This document shows, piece after piece, positions 45,003 through 53,774 of a stretch of DNA of 64,000 nt. This stretch comes from a virus (Duplodnaviria; Caudoviricetes): IMG/VR virus record IMGVR_UViG_3300025789_000018; one strand, written 5' to 3'. Each line of letters opens with the position of its first letter. The first letter of the stretch is position 1. The notes beneath the pieces were generated by a model that saw only the letters and a list, made by a program, of their open reading frames with translations, was not told where the DNA came from and made no database searches. Made by a program: the position numbers and the translations under genes.

Positions 45003-45555
45003 CAATCTTATAAATGTCTTTCCAGTATTTTACCAAGACGGCTTTGCCTTTATAATCATGACTGTGTTCGTGTTCAACCAAAATACCTTTTAGACCAAGA
45101 CTATCGCACAAATCGACGTTCTCTGGTTTGTCCTCGATGAAGTATATTCCGCTGCCCTTATAGGGAGCAAGTGCTTCATCTTTATCTGCGCCACATTCCA
45201 GGCAGACGACACTTTCAATCGCTTCGCCGAAGTACCGCTTCAGGTTTTGTTCACGAAGCCGAGCAGCGGCAGGATCCAGACTCAAGCTGGTAATGACGCG
45301 AATCTGTACGCCATGTTCTTCATAGAGTTTGCGAACGTATTTCACAGCATCCCGAAGAGGAGGCAGAAAGCCACATGCCGCACTTTCGTTGAAATCACGA
45401 ACAAGTTGTTTGCTTACGACCTTTTCGATTCCATAGCGAAGATCAATGCCATAGGCATCGCTCCGAACCCGCTTGAACCCTTTGCGCTGCATCCACTGGT
45501 CGAAACCAAACTCCCAGTCTAGAAGAACGCCGTCGCAATCGCTCAAAATCAACAT
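44992..45555 (-). CDS. HAD-superfamily 5'(3')-deoxyribonucleotidase-like protein
   Basis: LSDCDGVLLDW, ITS, FIEDK..N. Confidence 0.85.
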   Translation of the reverse strand: MLILSDCDGVLLDWEFGFDQWMQRKGFKRVRSDAYGIDLRYGIEKVVSKQLVRDFNESAACGFLPPLRDAVKYVRKLYEEHGVQIRVITSLSLDPAAARLREQNLKRYFGEAIESVVCLECGADKDEALAPYKGSGIYFIEDKPENVDLCDSLGLKGILVEHEHSHDYKGKAVLVKYWKDIYKIVKQ

Positions 45556-45610
45556 TTCATTCCCAATCTCACTCGCTACATTTCTTACTATATATGATTC
45601 GATTTAAATG

Positions 45611-46336
45611 TCAAGCAGCAATGCGCAAAACATTGCCGCCAGGACCATTGATCGGGCGAGAAAGATTGACACGATCACCAGCAGACTGACCGCTGCGATA
45701 TGCTGCACCATCACGAATGGTGGTAGTACCATATTTCTTCTTAAGACGCAAGCCAAGTTCACGATATGCCTGATTGACAACCTGATTCTTCAGAACAATC
45801 AAAGCATTGCTGCCGCCTCGTGCAGCTTTTTCTTCGCCGTTCATCTGAGCCTTCATTTCGTTCAGACGACGACCAATACGCATTGCCATACCAGTGGTAA
45901 ACGAACTGGTAGCACCTTTCTTGCTATATGCTCCCTTATATTCAGGAGTCTTCTTGAACTTTGCCAGTTCAGTTGCCATAGCCGACAGGATAATATCATA
46001 AAGATACTTCACCATCAGAAGATCGCTTTCTTGACCAAAGAAGCAATACTTCAGAGTAGCACCACGATTGGTCCACACCTTACAATCGGTAAAGCCAGCG
46101 ATATCCGAGAGAGCGTAATAGACGCCGTTGCGGACCTTGCTGCCAATATCAATCTTCAAAGTGTCACAAACTTCATCACGAAGTTCGACCTCGTTCATGG
46201 ACAGATTATATTGCGAGAGCAACTTACCCACCATGTTGATTGCGGTAAGTGCTTCTTCTTCCGAGCAGCCATTCTTGACGGTCTTAGCCGAGAGAGCGCG
46301 AATACGAGCCTTGATCTTGCTTTGGATATCAGTCAT
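45611..46336 (-). CDS. DUF2786-type protein
   Basis: KIRAL.AK....G.S.EEA..A......L..YNL; SF..G...RI..RL. Confidence 0.75.
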   Translation of the reverse strand: MTDIQSKIKARIRALSAKTVKNGCSEEEALTAINMVGKLLSQYNLSMNEVELRDEVCDTLKIDIGSKVRNGVYYALSDIAGFTDCKVWTNRGATLKYCFFGQESDLLMVKYLYDIILSAMATELAKFKKTPEYKGAYSKKGATSSFTTGMAMRIGRRLNEMKAQMNGEEKAARGGSNALIVLKNQVVNQAYRELGLRLKKKYGTTTIRDGAAYRSGQSAGDRVNLSRPINGPGGNVLRIAA

Positions 46337-46403
46337 AACGAATCATTCCTTCTCACTAGCTATATTTTCATCATAAACGAATCGGGATAAATGTCAAGCG
46401 ATC

Positions 46404-46616
46404 TTATCGCTCCAGAATGACATAATCACCAAAGTGACGATCAAAAACTTCCAGAAGGTTTTCAAAAACTTCCATCATTTCCGAAACAATAGCTTTACCA
46501 TCAAGCCCGAGTTGCTTTGCATACTGGCGGGCATAACCCATGAGGACAAATGCGTTACCTTCAGGACCACTCAGGTCGATAACGATTTCAGACTTGGGTT
46601 GCTTCTCACGAATCAT
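46404..46616 (-). CDS. Hypothetical protein
   Basis: IDLSGPEGNAFVLMG motif seen in small phage proteins. Confidence 0.65.
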   Translation of the reverse strand: MIREKQPKSEIVIDLSGPEGNAFVLMGYARQYAKQLGLDGKAIVSEMMEVFENLLEVFDRHFGDYVILER

Positions 46617-46750
46617 AACGTATCCTTTCGATTAATATTCAAGTTGTGCGCCAGGAGGTGGAAGTTCTGGATAATACCAATCGGGAACCAAAGCCCGCAC
46701 CCAGACGCAATCAGATAGACGCTTTATCCAAACAAAATGATAACCTTCCA

Positions 46751-46996
46751 TCATGAAGAAACTTTTTCGTGAACCATCGCGATGTGCTTACACTTACCAC
46801 GAAAGTTGAAACCAATGCAATCACATACCCAACCACGTTCGACCATGGTTGTGTTATATTGCTTGCCTTTAGAGTTTACGTATGGCCAGGTGAAGCCAAC
46901 CAGATGGTGTTTCTCACTGAAGTTAATACCATCAAGAGCAAGAGGTGTCCGATAGGGGCTAACACCAGGAACAAACATGATTAACGTTCCGCACAA
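46751..46996 (-). CDS. SWIM-type zinc finger protein
   Basis: CDC.GF.FRGKCKH. Confidence 0.7.
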   Translation of the reverse strand: MCGTLIMFVPGVSPYRTPLALDGINFSEKHHLVGFTWPYVNSKGKQYNTTMVERGWVCDCIGFNFRGKCKHIAMVHEKVSS

Positions 46997-47169
46997 GCAA
47001 CAAAATCGTCCAAAAGATATTGGAGCCGATCAAGCTTGATCTGCAACCCGGCAATCCTTTCGCCAGTCAACTCTTCACGCTCTGCTGCTCGGAGAGTAGA
47101 TTCCATTCCAGCGACCAACTTGCGCATCGCACCAATCAGTATTTGTTCATCATCATAAAACATAATCAA
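46981..47169 (-). CDS. Hypothetical protein
   Basis: GGAGA RBS; packed ORF. Confidence 0.5.
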   Translation of the reverse strand: MIMFYDDEQILIGAMRKLVAGMESTLRAAEREELTGERIAGLQIKLDRLQYLLDDFVACAER

Positions 47170-47175
47170 ATCTCC

Positions 47176-47532
47176 TTACGCAGCCAACTTGTAGGGTTGA
47201 TCCCACTTACCAGCATGAACATACGAGTACCAACCCACATCAAAGTAGTCGGTCATAATATCGCTGTTATCATGATTGCCGTCGTTCATAGCAACACGAA
47301 GTTCCTTCAAGAACTGAAGTTCCTTGCCCTGATAGTTGCTTTCCAGATGATAAAAGTGCATCTGACTATAACCGTTTTCGTTCTGAGCGAACTTCAGAGG
47401 ACCTTCTTTCAAGGTCAGAATCAGAGTGCTGTGATGGCGAACCGACAGACTACCCTTCATATTGTACTTCTTGAGGATCGCTTTGACCTTGGGAGCGATA
47501 GCAGCTTTCTTTTCCTGAGACATGTAAGCCAT
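47176..47532 (-). CDS. Hypothetical early protein
   Basis: Behind a promoter cassette; DNSDIMTDYFDVGWY motif. Confidence 0.7.
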   Translation of the reverse strand: MAYMSQEKKAAIAPKVKAILKKYNMKGSLSVRHHSTLILTLKEGPLKFAQNENGYSQMHFYHLESNYQGKELQFLKELRVAMNDGNHDNSDIMTDYFDVGWYSYVHAGKWDQPYKLAA

Positions 47533-47597
47533 AACGAATCAACCCTTCTCTCTGTCTATATTCTTACCATACACGATTCGGGATAAATGTCAAGCGG

Positions 47598-47996
47598 TCA
47601 TCGCCTCATTTTAGAAATATCTTCCGCGTCTTCCTGACTGAAGACAGGTACCAGATTGCTCTTATGCATCGTGGCGATGCCGAGCAGCTTGTCGCCCGTA
47701 TATGTGTTAGGCGCTTTGGCAAACGTCACACCGATGCCATCACCAGTCTCATACTTGGGCGCATTGCGAACGTATGTGGAAGCTTCCATACCAGTCTTAA
47801 CGGTCTTTGTTTTGTATGCGGCATTGCCTTGTCGATATGCAACATACTCTTGGAACGTCTTGGTTTTTGATCCAAGCCGCTTCATCTGCTTGTTATAGTC
47901 TACCCAATCTTGAGCATACTTCGCCGTGTTTAGTTGCGGCTTGCGTTTCTTAGTTGAGTTTGTGGTATAAGCAGGACCTAGGAGATGCATTGTCAT
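47598..47996 (-). CDS. Hypothetical protein conserved in T4-like phages
   Basis: YTGDKLLGIATMHKSNLVPVFS...DISKMRR. Confidence 0.7.
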   Translation of the reverse strand: MTMHLLGPAYTTNSTKKRKPQLNTAKYAQDWVDYNKQMKRLGSKTKTFQEYVAYRQGNAAYKTKTVKTGMEASTYVRNAPKYETGDGIGVTFAKAPNTYTGDKLLGIATMHKSNLVPVFSQEDAEDISKMRR

Positions 47997-48228
47997 ATTA
48001 AGCAGCCATCAGAATGAAACAAGTTGCCAGAATGTAAAGATAGGATTTAGTAGTCATGGCGATCCCTGATAGACAACGTGATGTATGAAGCAATATATGC
48101 CATCATCGGGACAGCGATGTCGGCTCGGTCAAGTGTTCCCTTAACATAGTCAGGAATATAAAAACCAATTCCACAGAACAGTGCAATACCTAGTGCGAAC
48201 AGGATACGAGACAACATTTTAACTCTCC

Positions 48229-48435
48229 TTAAATTCCGAATTCAGCGGCATAATCTGCATCTAGCCGAATATTCCCATAACCACGTTGAATCAACCTATT
48301 TCGGACATTTTTTGCAGCGCATCGAAACTCGTCAACAGTGTAATGAATCCCCCACTTTGATCCGCGTCCAGTGATACGAGTGTCATTCACATAAACTGCG
48401 TTCTTGTCGGTTACGGTTACTTTTAGGATTTTCAT
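48229..48435 (-). CDS. Hypothetical protein
   Basis: GGAGA RBS. Confidence 0.55.
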   Translation of the reverse strand: MKILKVTVTDKNAVYVNDTRITGRGSKWGIHYTVDEFRCAAKNVRNRLIQRGYGNIRLDADYAAEFGI

Positions 48436-48446
48436 TTAACTTCTCC

Positions 48447-48614
48447 TCAGCGATAAATGTTGCGCTTGAGTTCAACTTCAAACTCTTCTCGGCCGACGGT
48501 GCACCGATTGCCAGTCACTTCTTCATAGATCATGACTTCTTCCATCAGATTTCCAAGGTCAACACCTTTAGCAATGAAAGTCCCATTGTGATTACGAGCA
48601 ACAAACATTTTCAT
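48447..48614 (-). CDS. Hypothetical early protein
   Basis: Start placed at the promoter-cassette ATG. Confidence 0.55.
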   Translation of the reverse strand: MKMFVARNHNGTFIAKGVDLGNLMEEVMIYEEVTGNRCTVGREEFEVELKRNIYR

Positions 48615-48669
48615 GATTCGAATCTCTCTCACTGACTACTTTTTCATCATAACAGAATCAGGAATAATG

Positions 48670-49092
48670 TCAAGCAGCGATTTTTTCGTAAACACCTTCG
48701 CCGTTGCTGAAACTGCCGATCTTGGCATAGCAGTTGAAAGCCTTGTTCAACACCTTTTCAAAGTTGGGTGCAATCCGATTGACCCAAGCATGGGCAAGAT
48801 TCTGCAAAGAAATCTCATCGCTGTAGTAGCAATCGTACTCTTTGGCGACCAGAGAAATGCTGGCCAGCCCACAGTATTCCGAAACTACAACTTGAGCGAA
48901 CCTGTTTTCCAGAATGGCACGAAGTTCACGCCCAATCCACTTGTCTTCGTTGTCAAACGATTTGTAGGCATCCTTGACGATGCTCTGCACATCATCTACA
49001 AAGTCATCCCATTCCCAGGAGTCCTGAATGTACGAAACATCAACATAGACCACAGCGCCGGCGCCACTGGCATAATCAACTGAACGTCCCAT
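48670..49092 (-). CDS. Hypothetical early protein
   Basis: Behind a promoter cassette. Confidence 0.65.
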   Translation of the reverse strand: MGRSVDYASGAGAVVYVDVSYIQDSWEWDDFVDDVQSIVKDAYKSFDNEDKWIGRELRAILENRFAQVVVSEYCGLASISLVAKEYDCYYSDEISLQNLAHAWVNRIAPNFEKVLNKAFNCYAKIGSFSNGEGVYEKIAA

Positions 49093-49149
49093 AGCGAATC
49101 AACCTTTCTCAATGACTACATTCTTACCATAGACGATTCTGGATAAATG

Positions 49150-49350
49150 TCAAGAGTGCATTTGGATATCTTTGAGGTGTGGCGCGATCTGCTTGGCAGA
49201 ATATTGCACCTCGTTGATTTCAAAGAACCAGCGACCAGACTCTTCTCGTTTCAGTTTCAGTGCTTCACCTTCACGAAATGGCGAGATACCCCAAGTCCAT
49301 GGGCGACCTGTTTGAAGTTCGAATGCACCACCTGAAAGCTTCGTGATCAT
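49150..49350 (-). CDS. Hypothetical protein
   Basis: GGAGA RBS. Confidence 0.55.
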   Translation of the reverse strand: MITKLSGGAFELQTGRPWTWGISPFREGEALKLKREESGRWFFEINEVQYSAKQIAPHLKDIQMHS

Positions 49351-49361
49351 AACAAATCTCC

Positions 49362-49646
49362 TTAACCGACAACTTCATCAATCACACTGACCAAATCTTC
49401 GACATAGATGCCTTCGAGTTTCTTGACATACTTTACATCAATGCCACGAATCTTGAAGAAGTCAATGTCGTAAAGGTCTTTGCCTTCGTTGTACTTGACG
49501 TAAACATAGCCCTTCCACTTGGCCATCCCGCTGGATTTGAACTTCAGCCCATCGCCCATGTTCACGAGGTCTTTAGCACCCCAAGCCCACAGTGCGCGAG
49601 GATCAATGGCTTTGATCTGGTCACGAATGATAACTGCGATGCTCAT
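49362..49646 (-). CDS. Hypothetical early protein
   Basis: Behind a promoter cassette. Confidence 0.65.
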   Translation of the reverse strand: MSIAVIIRDQIKAIDPRALWAWGAKDLVNMGDGLKFKSSGMAKWKGYVYVKYNEGKDLYDIDFFKIRGIDVKYVKKLEGIYVEDLVSVIDEVVG

Positions 49647-49711
49647 TGCGAATCACCTTTTCTCATTGACTACTTTCTCAATGTACACGATTCGCCAAAA
49701 ATGTCAACCAC

Positions 49712-49749
49712 AAAAAATGCCCCCGAAGCCGAAACTCCGAGGGCATTCT
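49712..49749 (-). terminator. Intrinsic terminator after the OMP gene
   Basis: AATGCCCTCGGAG-TTTCGG-CTTCGGGGGCATT followed by a T run. Confidence 0.8.
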
Positions 49750-49774
49750 CACTGGGGTGTGGTACTTCTATTTA

Positions 49775-50248
49775 TCAGAAGCGGAAGGTCACCGTACCAG
49801 CCGCACCATTGTTCTTGACTGCGCCAAGATCGGTGTGGGTGTACTGAGCACCAACCGAAACATGACCAATGACGTTAACGTCAAGACCTGCGGTAGCGCG
49901 AAGACCCTGGAGATTGTGTGCTTCTAGATCACGGAGGTTGTCATAACCTAGACCAGCATACACTAGAGTATGTGGAGTTACTTCATAGCCAAGACGACCA
50001 CCAACGTTAACATCGGTGCGGTCAAATACGTTGTCTAGACCAGCTTCAACGCCTACGGTAACAGGACCAACAAGCTTGCTGTCATAACCAGCTTCAACAC
50101 CATAAGTGAATGAACGGTTTGATGGGATTGCAGTGATGTCCTGATAGCCGACAACGCCAGTTACACGAGGGCCGACAAAGCTGTCTGCCATTGCAGGAGT
50201 AGCAGCAACAGCGGTAAGAGCCGCGAGGGCAAACATAAGATTCTTCAT
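49775..50248 (-). CDS. Outer-membrane beta-barrel protein (porin-family/OmpA-like membrane domain)
   Basis: Sec signal peptide (AMA/D), alternating amphipathic beta strands, C-terminal aromatic ...VTFRF. Confidence 0.85.
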   Translation of the reverse strand: MKNLMFALAALTAVAATPAMADSFVGPRVTGVVGYQDITAIPSNRSFTYGVEAGYDSKLVGPVTVGVEAGLDNVFDRTDVNVGGRLGYEVTPHTLVYAGLGYDNLRDLEAHNLQGLRATAGLDVNVIGHVSVGAQYTHTDLGAVKNNGAAGTVTFRF

Positions 50249-50323
50249 TCAGTATTCTCCATTAAAATAAAACAATGTTATAACATTTGACAGTCGTTTA
50301 AGGTACAACTGACAGAACCTATC

Positions 50324-50743
50324 TCATTTATAGATTGCTTTCACATGCATCGATGAAATCTTTATAGTACACCAATCATTATAATACTCATCTGAGAGAA
50401 TCGCATCCACAGCAAACATCTCTTTCGCTTCATAATAACTGGCGGATGATCTATTGTCAACAACTTTTAGTATCTGGCGAGAAAAGTTTTCTTTGCCTAA
50501 GTCTTCAACATCTGCTTTCAGACTTGGAGAAGAACCATAATAGGTCTTCCAATCGCTAGGCTTGCGAATCTTCTTCTTCTTACCCTTTATAGTCTTATAG
50601 CCAGCCATTGTAAAGAGTTTTTTGCCAAGATATTTTCGACCAGTAACTTTGTTTGTTATCAAGTAAACAAATGCAAAATGACCATCAGCCTGTGCATCAG
50701 TAAAGGGTTCCCCATCGTAGATCCATGGATTTTCATAATCCAT
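50324..50743 (-). CDS. Short GIY-YIG-type nuclease conserved in T4-like phages
   Basis: FVYLITN..TGRKYLGKK, W..YYGSS, YYN..I. Confidence 0.8.
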   Translation of the reverse strand: MDYENPWIYDGEPFTDAQADGHFAFVYLITNKVTGRKYLGKKLFTMAGYKTIKGKKKKIRKPSDWKTYYGSSPSLKADVEDLGKENFSRQILKVVDNRSSASYYEAKEMFAVDAILSDEYYNDWCTIKISSMHVKAIYK

Positions 50744-50905
50744 TTAACTATCGAACTCTTCATCTTCGTCGTCTACTTCTTCTGGTGTGAACTGGCTATC
50801 AGCATCAACGCCACAAAATGGACAAAACTCAACTTGTATGCCTGGTTCTTTACTAATCAACTTGTATTCTGTTTCACAGACAGAACATTCGATCCAATCA
50901 ATCAT
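50744..50905 (-). CDS. Zinc-ribbon protein with acidic tail (53 aa, not in ORF track)
   Basis: MIDWIECSVC...FCPFCG...EEVDDEDEEFDS. Confidence 0.75.
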   Translation of the reverse strand: MIDWIECSVCETEYKLISKEPGIQVEFCPFCGVDADSQFTPEEVDDEDEEFDS

Positions 50906-51371
50906 TTTGTTTACTCCGTTTTTTCACGAACTTGGAGAAGTCCTTTTCGTCTTCGTAGGGCGTGAGGTCTAGATTTGGTGGTGATAACTTGAGGTTTTCA
51001 TGATCAAGTTTCTTGACGTATTTATCAACAAACTTATCGTATGCTCTCCAGTTTAGCCCATCCCCAACAACTGCATCATGCTCTACTGCTAACGCAATGT
51101 GATGGGCTTCTTGGTATCGAAGCCCAAACACATCTATCAAGGCCTTCTCCACTCTTTCGTGAACAAGGAGGTATTTTGTGATATCTGTACCATTAAAGTC
51201 AACGTTCATGTGTCTATCAATGTAGATGTCTTTACTGTCTTTGGAATAACCAGCAACATAAGGAACATCATACTTGTTAATGATCTTCACGGTCCTACCA
51301 ATCTCTTTTTGAAAGGCAGGATCGTGAAGCATTGTATGGACACGAAAACTATGAACTTTAGGTAGGGCCAT
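50898..51371 (-). CDS. Hypothetical protein, possible metal-binding (HE..E...AHH)
   Basis: Packed ORF; HERVEK and EAHHIA. Confidence 0.6.
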   Translation of the reverse strand: MALPKVHSFRVHTMLHDPAFQKEIGRTVKIINKYDVPYVAGYSKDSKDIYIDRHMNVDFNGTDITKYLLVHERVEKALIDVFGLRYQEAHHIALAVEHDAVVGDGLNWRAYDKFVDKYVKKLDHENLKLSPPNLDLTPYEDEKDFSKFVKKRSKQND

Positions 51372-52044
51372 TAATCAATCCAGATAAGTCTTGAAGGGTT
51401 TTGATGGAGTCATCTCTGTGGCAGACTTCGACATACTTATCAATGTCGGTAGACCACTGTTTTCCATCCCACCATTCAAAACCTTTGAACTGTGACTTGT
51501 AGATACCAATATTTCCATAGCCAGAACCAATGTAAAGATGATAATATCCCATCTTCTTGGCTAACTCTACTTCATATGCCACTAAGTGGCGTGAGATAGA
51601 AGCTTTTGGTTCTGAATAGTCCCATGCGGTAAACTGTGTTTCAAGCCCACCGTCATAAGTTGTCATCTTAGAAAATGCAACCAAGTCTCCTGCATTGTTA
51701 TGCACAAGAATCCATGTTGCACGATCTAGATCGATTTCTATTGTATAAATGTCATCGAGGTTACGTCTTGCTGTAAACATACCGAATACGGTACCAACGT
51801 CTGACATATCCTCAATCGATTCAACGTGGGTTACTTTATAACCCTTTAGTGGTTTAGTTTTCTTATCGAATAGATTGCAGTCGATGCGGACAGAACGTGA
51901 GTTATACCACTTTCTATCGTTAATCAACCAACCTTGTTCGAGGGCGTCCACTTCACGCGAGTTTTCCAGGTCTAGTTCTAAATCGTAAACTTGTAAATCG
52001 TATTGCGAAACATTACCAAAGATAGGGTGTATCTTGGTCTTCAT
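51358..52044 (-). CDS. Aminoacyl-tRNA--protein transferase (ATE/Bpt-like)
   Basis: AL.QGW, R.VRID, YHLYIG.G......YK..F..FEWW.G..W resembles the ATE C-terminal domain. Confidence 0.65.
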   Translation of the reverse strand: MKTKIHPIFGNVSQYDLQVYDLELDLENSREVDALEQGWLINDRKWYNSRSVRIDCNLFDKKTKPLKGYKVTHVESIEDMSDVGTVFGMFTARRNLDDIYTIEIDLDRATWILVHNNAGDLVAFSKMTTYDGGLETQFTAWDYSEPKASISRHLVAYEVELAKKMGYYHLYIGSGYGNIGIYKSQFKGFEWWDGKQWSTDIDKYVEVCHRDDSIKTLQDLSGLINGPT

Positions 52045-52053
52045 TTCTGGGTA

Positions 52054-52503
52054 TTAGCTCCTTACGAGTTTGTATGCATTACCTCCATCATCGTAAAAGC
52101 CAAGGACCAACTCAATAATAGTAAAACCGTATGCATTATATAAAGACAGAGCCACATCGTTCTCTACTCTACAGTGTAAAGTGAGAGGGGACCATGGTAT
52201 AGTCTTATTATCGATATAGTGTTGTAAAAGCAGTTTAGAGTATCCTTGCCCGCGGTATTGTGGGTCAATCTCTAAAGTTTCTAGATATTCAGATTGATCT
52301 TGATCGTCATCATAGACATAACTTATATAGAAGCCTGCTATATCATCATTGATCTGAAGAACATTGACATTACAACCAAATGATTGGTAGTCTTCAAGTT
52401 CATCAATCGTAATCGTGTCTGTTTCAAATGAGGCTTTCTCTATCTCTATCATTCTAGGATAGTCAACCTCGGTTGCTTCACGTATACTTATATAAGTTGT
52501 CAT
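52054..52503 (-). CDS. RimI-like GNAT acetyltransferase
   Basis: IE..SF, L.IDP.YRGQGYSK.LL, L.CR..N..A..LY...GF, YY.DG..A. Confidence 0.85.
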   Translation of the reverse strand: MTTYISIREATEVDYPRMIEIEKASFETDTITIDELEDYQSFGCNVNVLQINDDIAGFYISYVYDDDQDQSEYLETLEIDPQYRGQGYSKLLLQHYIDNKTIPWSPLTLHCRVENDVALSLYNAYGFTIIELVLGFYDDGGNAYKLVRS

Positions 52504-53597
52504 AGGGTAAAGTTAGAAAATGTCGTGTCCGTGATATCTTTTTTCACGCCACCAGAAACATAACTGGTAATCTCTGTTTCCTGGGGTGCTACTTGTACAT
52601 CAGAACCACTAATCCATTTAGCAGTCCATGGTAGAGGATTAGGTCCTGACTTACCTGGAAGACCGATATTGCTCATACGCTTTGCTGCAATGTGATCTAC
52701 ATAGTCACACAGCAGTTGTTCATTTAGACCAATCATCGACCCCTGATGAAAGAGATAGCGTGCCCACCCCTTTTCTTGATCGATGACTCGGTGAAAGATA
52801 GCAGCACATTCATCCCGTGTCTCTTCCCGTATTCTCGCAAAGTCTTCATCCTCTTTCGGTAGTATCTTGAGGAGATTTTGAGTTGAGGCAAGATGAACGT
52901 TCTCGTCTCTGGCAATGAGTTTAATGATCTTAGCATTGCCTTCCATTTTCTTGACTTCAGCAAATGCCCAAGAGCAGGCGAATGATACATAGAATCTAAC
53001 TCCTTCTAGAGCATTGACAGCATTGAGACATAACCATAATGCTTTCTTGTGATCATATCGATACTTTGGCGTATAACCATATTCCGATTCTGGACAACCA
53101 AGTGTATTGTTTAGAGTAATCAAATCATCATAATACTTGCTGATATCCTCGGCACAGTCTAAGATTTCTGGGATGTCGAGCATCTCATCGAATACTCTAC
53201 TTGGATCACTGTATACATTGCGAATGATGTGAGTGTACGATCTACTATGAATCGTCTCACTGAAAGCCCAAGTTTGGATCCAGGTCTCCAACTCTGGTAG
53301 CGAACACACAGGGAGGAAAGCAAGCGAAGGAGCCCGACCTTGTACAGAATCAAGTAGAATCTGACGCTTAAGGTTCGAGGTAAAAATGTGTTTCTCATGG
53401 TCATTTAGTGCCTTGAAGTCTTTGCCATCGCGAGACAGATCAACTTCTTCTGGTCGCCAGAAGAAACCGAGTTGTTTATCAGTTAGTTTTTCAAAGATTG
53501 GATAGCGTTGTTTGTCATATCTAGCGATGTTTACATTCTCACCAAAGAAGCAAGTCTGTTGTGTTGCGTCAAATCTGTTGTTATTAAAAACTGACAT
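52500..53597 (-). CDS. nrdB: Ribonucleotide reductase class Ia beta subunit
   Basis: FFWRPEEVDL, E.IHSRSY, LEGVRFYVSFA, IARDE..H, APQETE. Confidence 0.97.
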   Translation of the reverse strand: MSVFNNNRFDATQQTCFFGENVNIARYDKQRYPIFEKLTDKQLGFFWRPEEVDLSRDGKDFKALNDHEKHIFTSNLKRQILLDSVQGRAPSLAFLPVCSLPELETWIQTWAFSETIHSRSYTHIIRNVYSDPSRVFDEMLDIPEILDCAEDISKYYDDLITLNNTLGCPESEYGYTPKYRYDHKKALWLCLNAVNALEGVRFYVSFACSWAFAEVKKMEGNAKIIKLIARDENVHLASTQNLLKILPKEDEDFARIREETRDECAAIFHRVIDQEKGWARYLFHQGSMIGLNEQLLCDYVDHIAAKRMSNIGLPGKSGPNPLPWTAKWISGSDVQVAPQETEITSYVSGGVKKDITDTTFSNFTL

Positions 53598-53772
53598 CGC
53601 TTTCGTCTATCCATTCTACTTGATTTGCAGGAAAAGTTTGTCGCCAAACATGAGTTTCATCTTTTAAAACAAAGTCAATCTTGGTGGAGTTTGAATAGTT
53701 CTTAGCTTCAACCACCTCGTAGACTTTGCCGTTCTCTTCCCATTTGTTATTATTTATTCGAATATATCGCAT
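53584..53772 (-). CDS. Hypothetical protein
   Basis: Packed between nrdB and the exonuclease. Confidence 0.55.
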   Translation of the reverse strand: MRYIRINNNKWEENGKVYEVVEAKNYSNSTKIDFVLKDETHVWRQTFPANQVEWIDESDVSF

Positions 53773-53774
53773 AA

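Larger units (their letters stand above)
35562..49707 (-). repeat. Family of about 64-bp early promoter/RBS cassettes (-35 boxes at 35620, 40009, 40928, 41477, 42909, 45609, 46392, 47588, 48668, 49148, 49702)
   Basis: TTGACA-N16/17-TA(T/C)NNT followed by a purine-rich RBS, usually TGATTCG, then ATG; each precedes a leftward ORF. Confidence 0.9.

Noticed and set aside
45608-46390. 260-aa + strand ORF (also 27890-28495, 38183-38662, 47020-47586, 48613-49083)
   Set aside because: Antisense shadows of well-supported genes; no RBS or recognisable motifs
35562-49707. Dispersed repeats as a CRISPR array
   Set aside because: Units are promoter/RBS cassettes separated by whole genes of variable length; no cas genes
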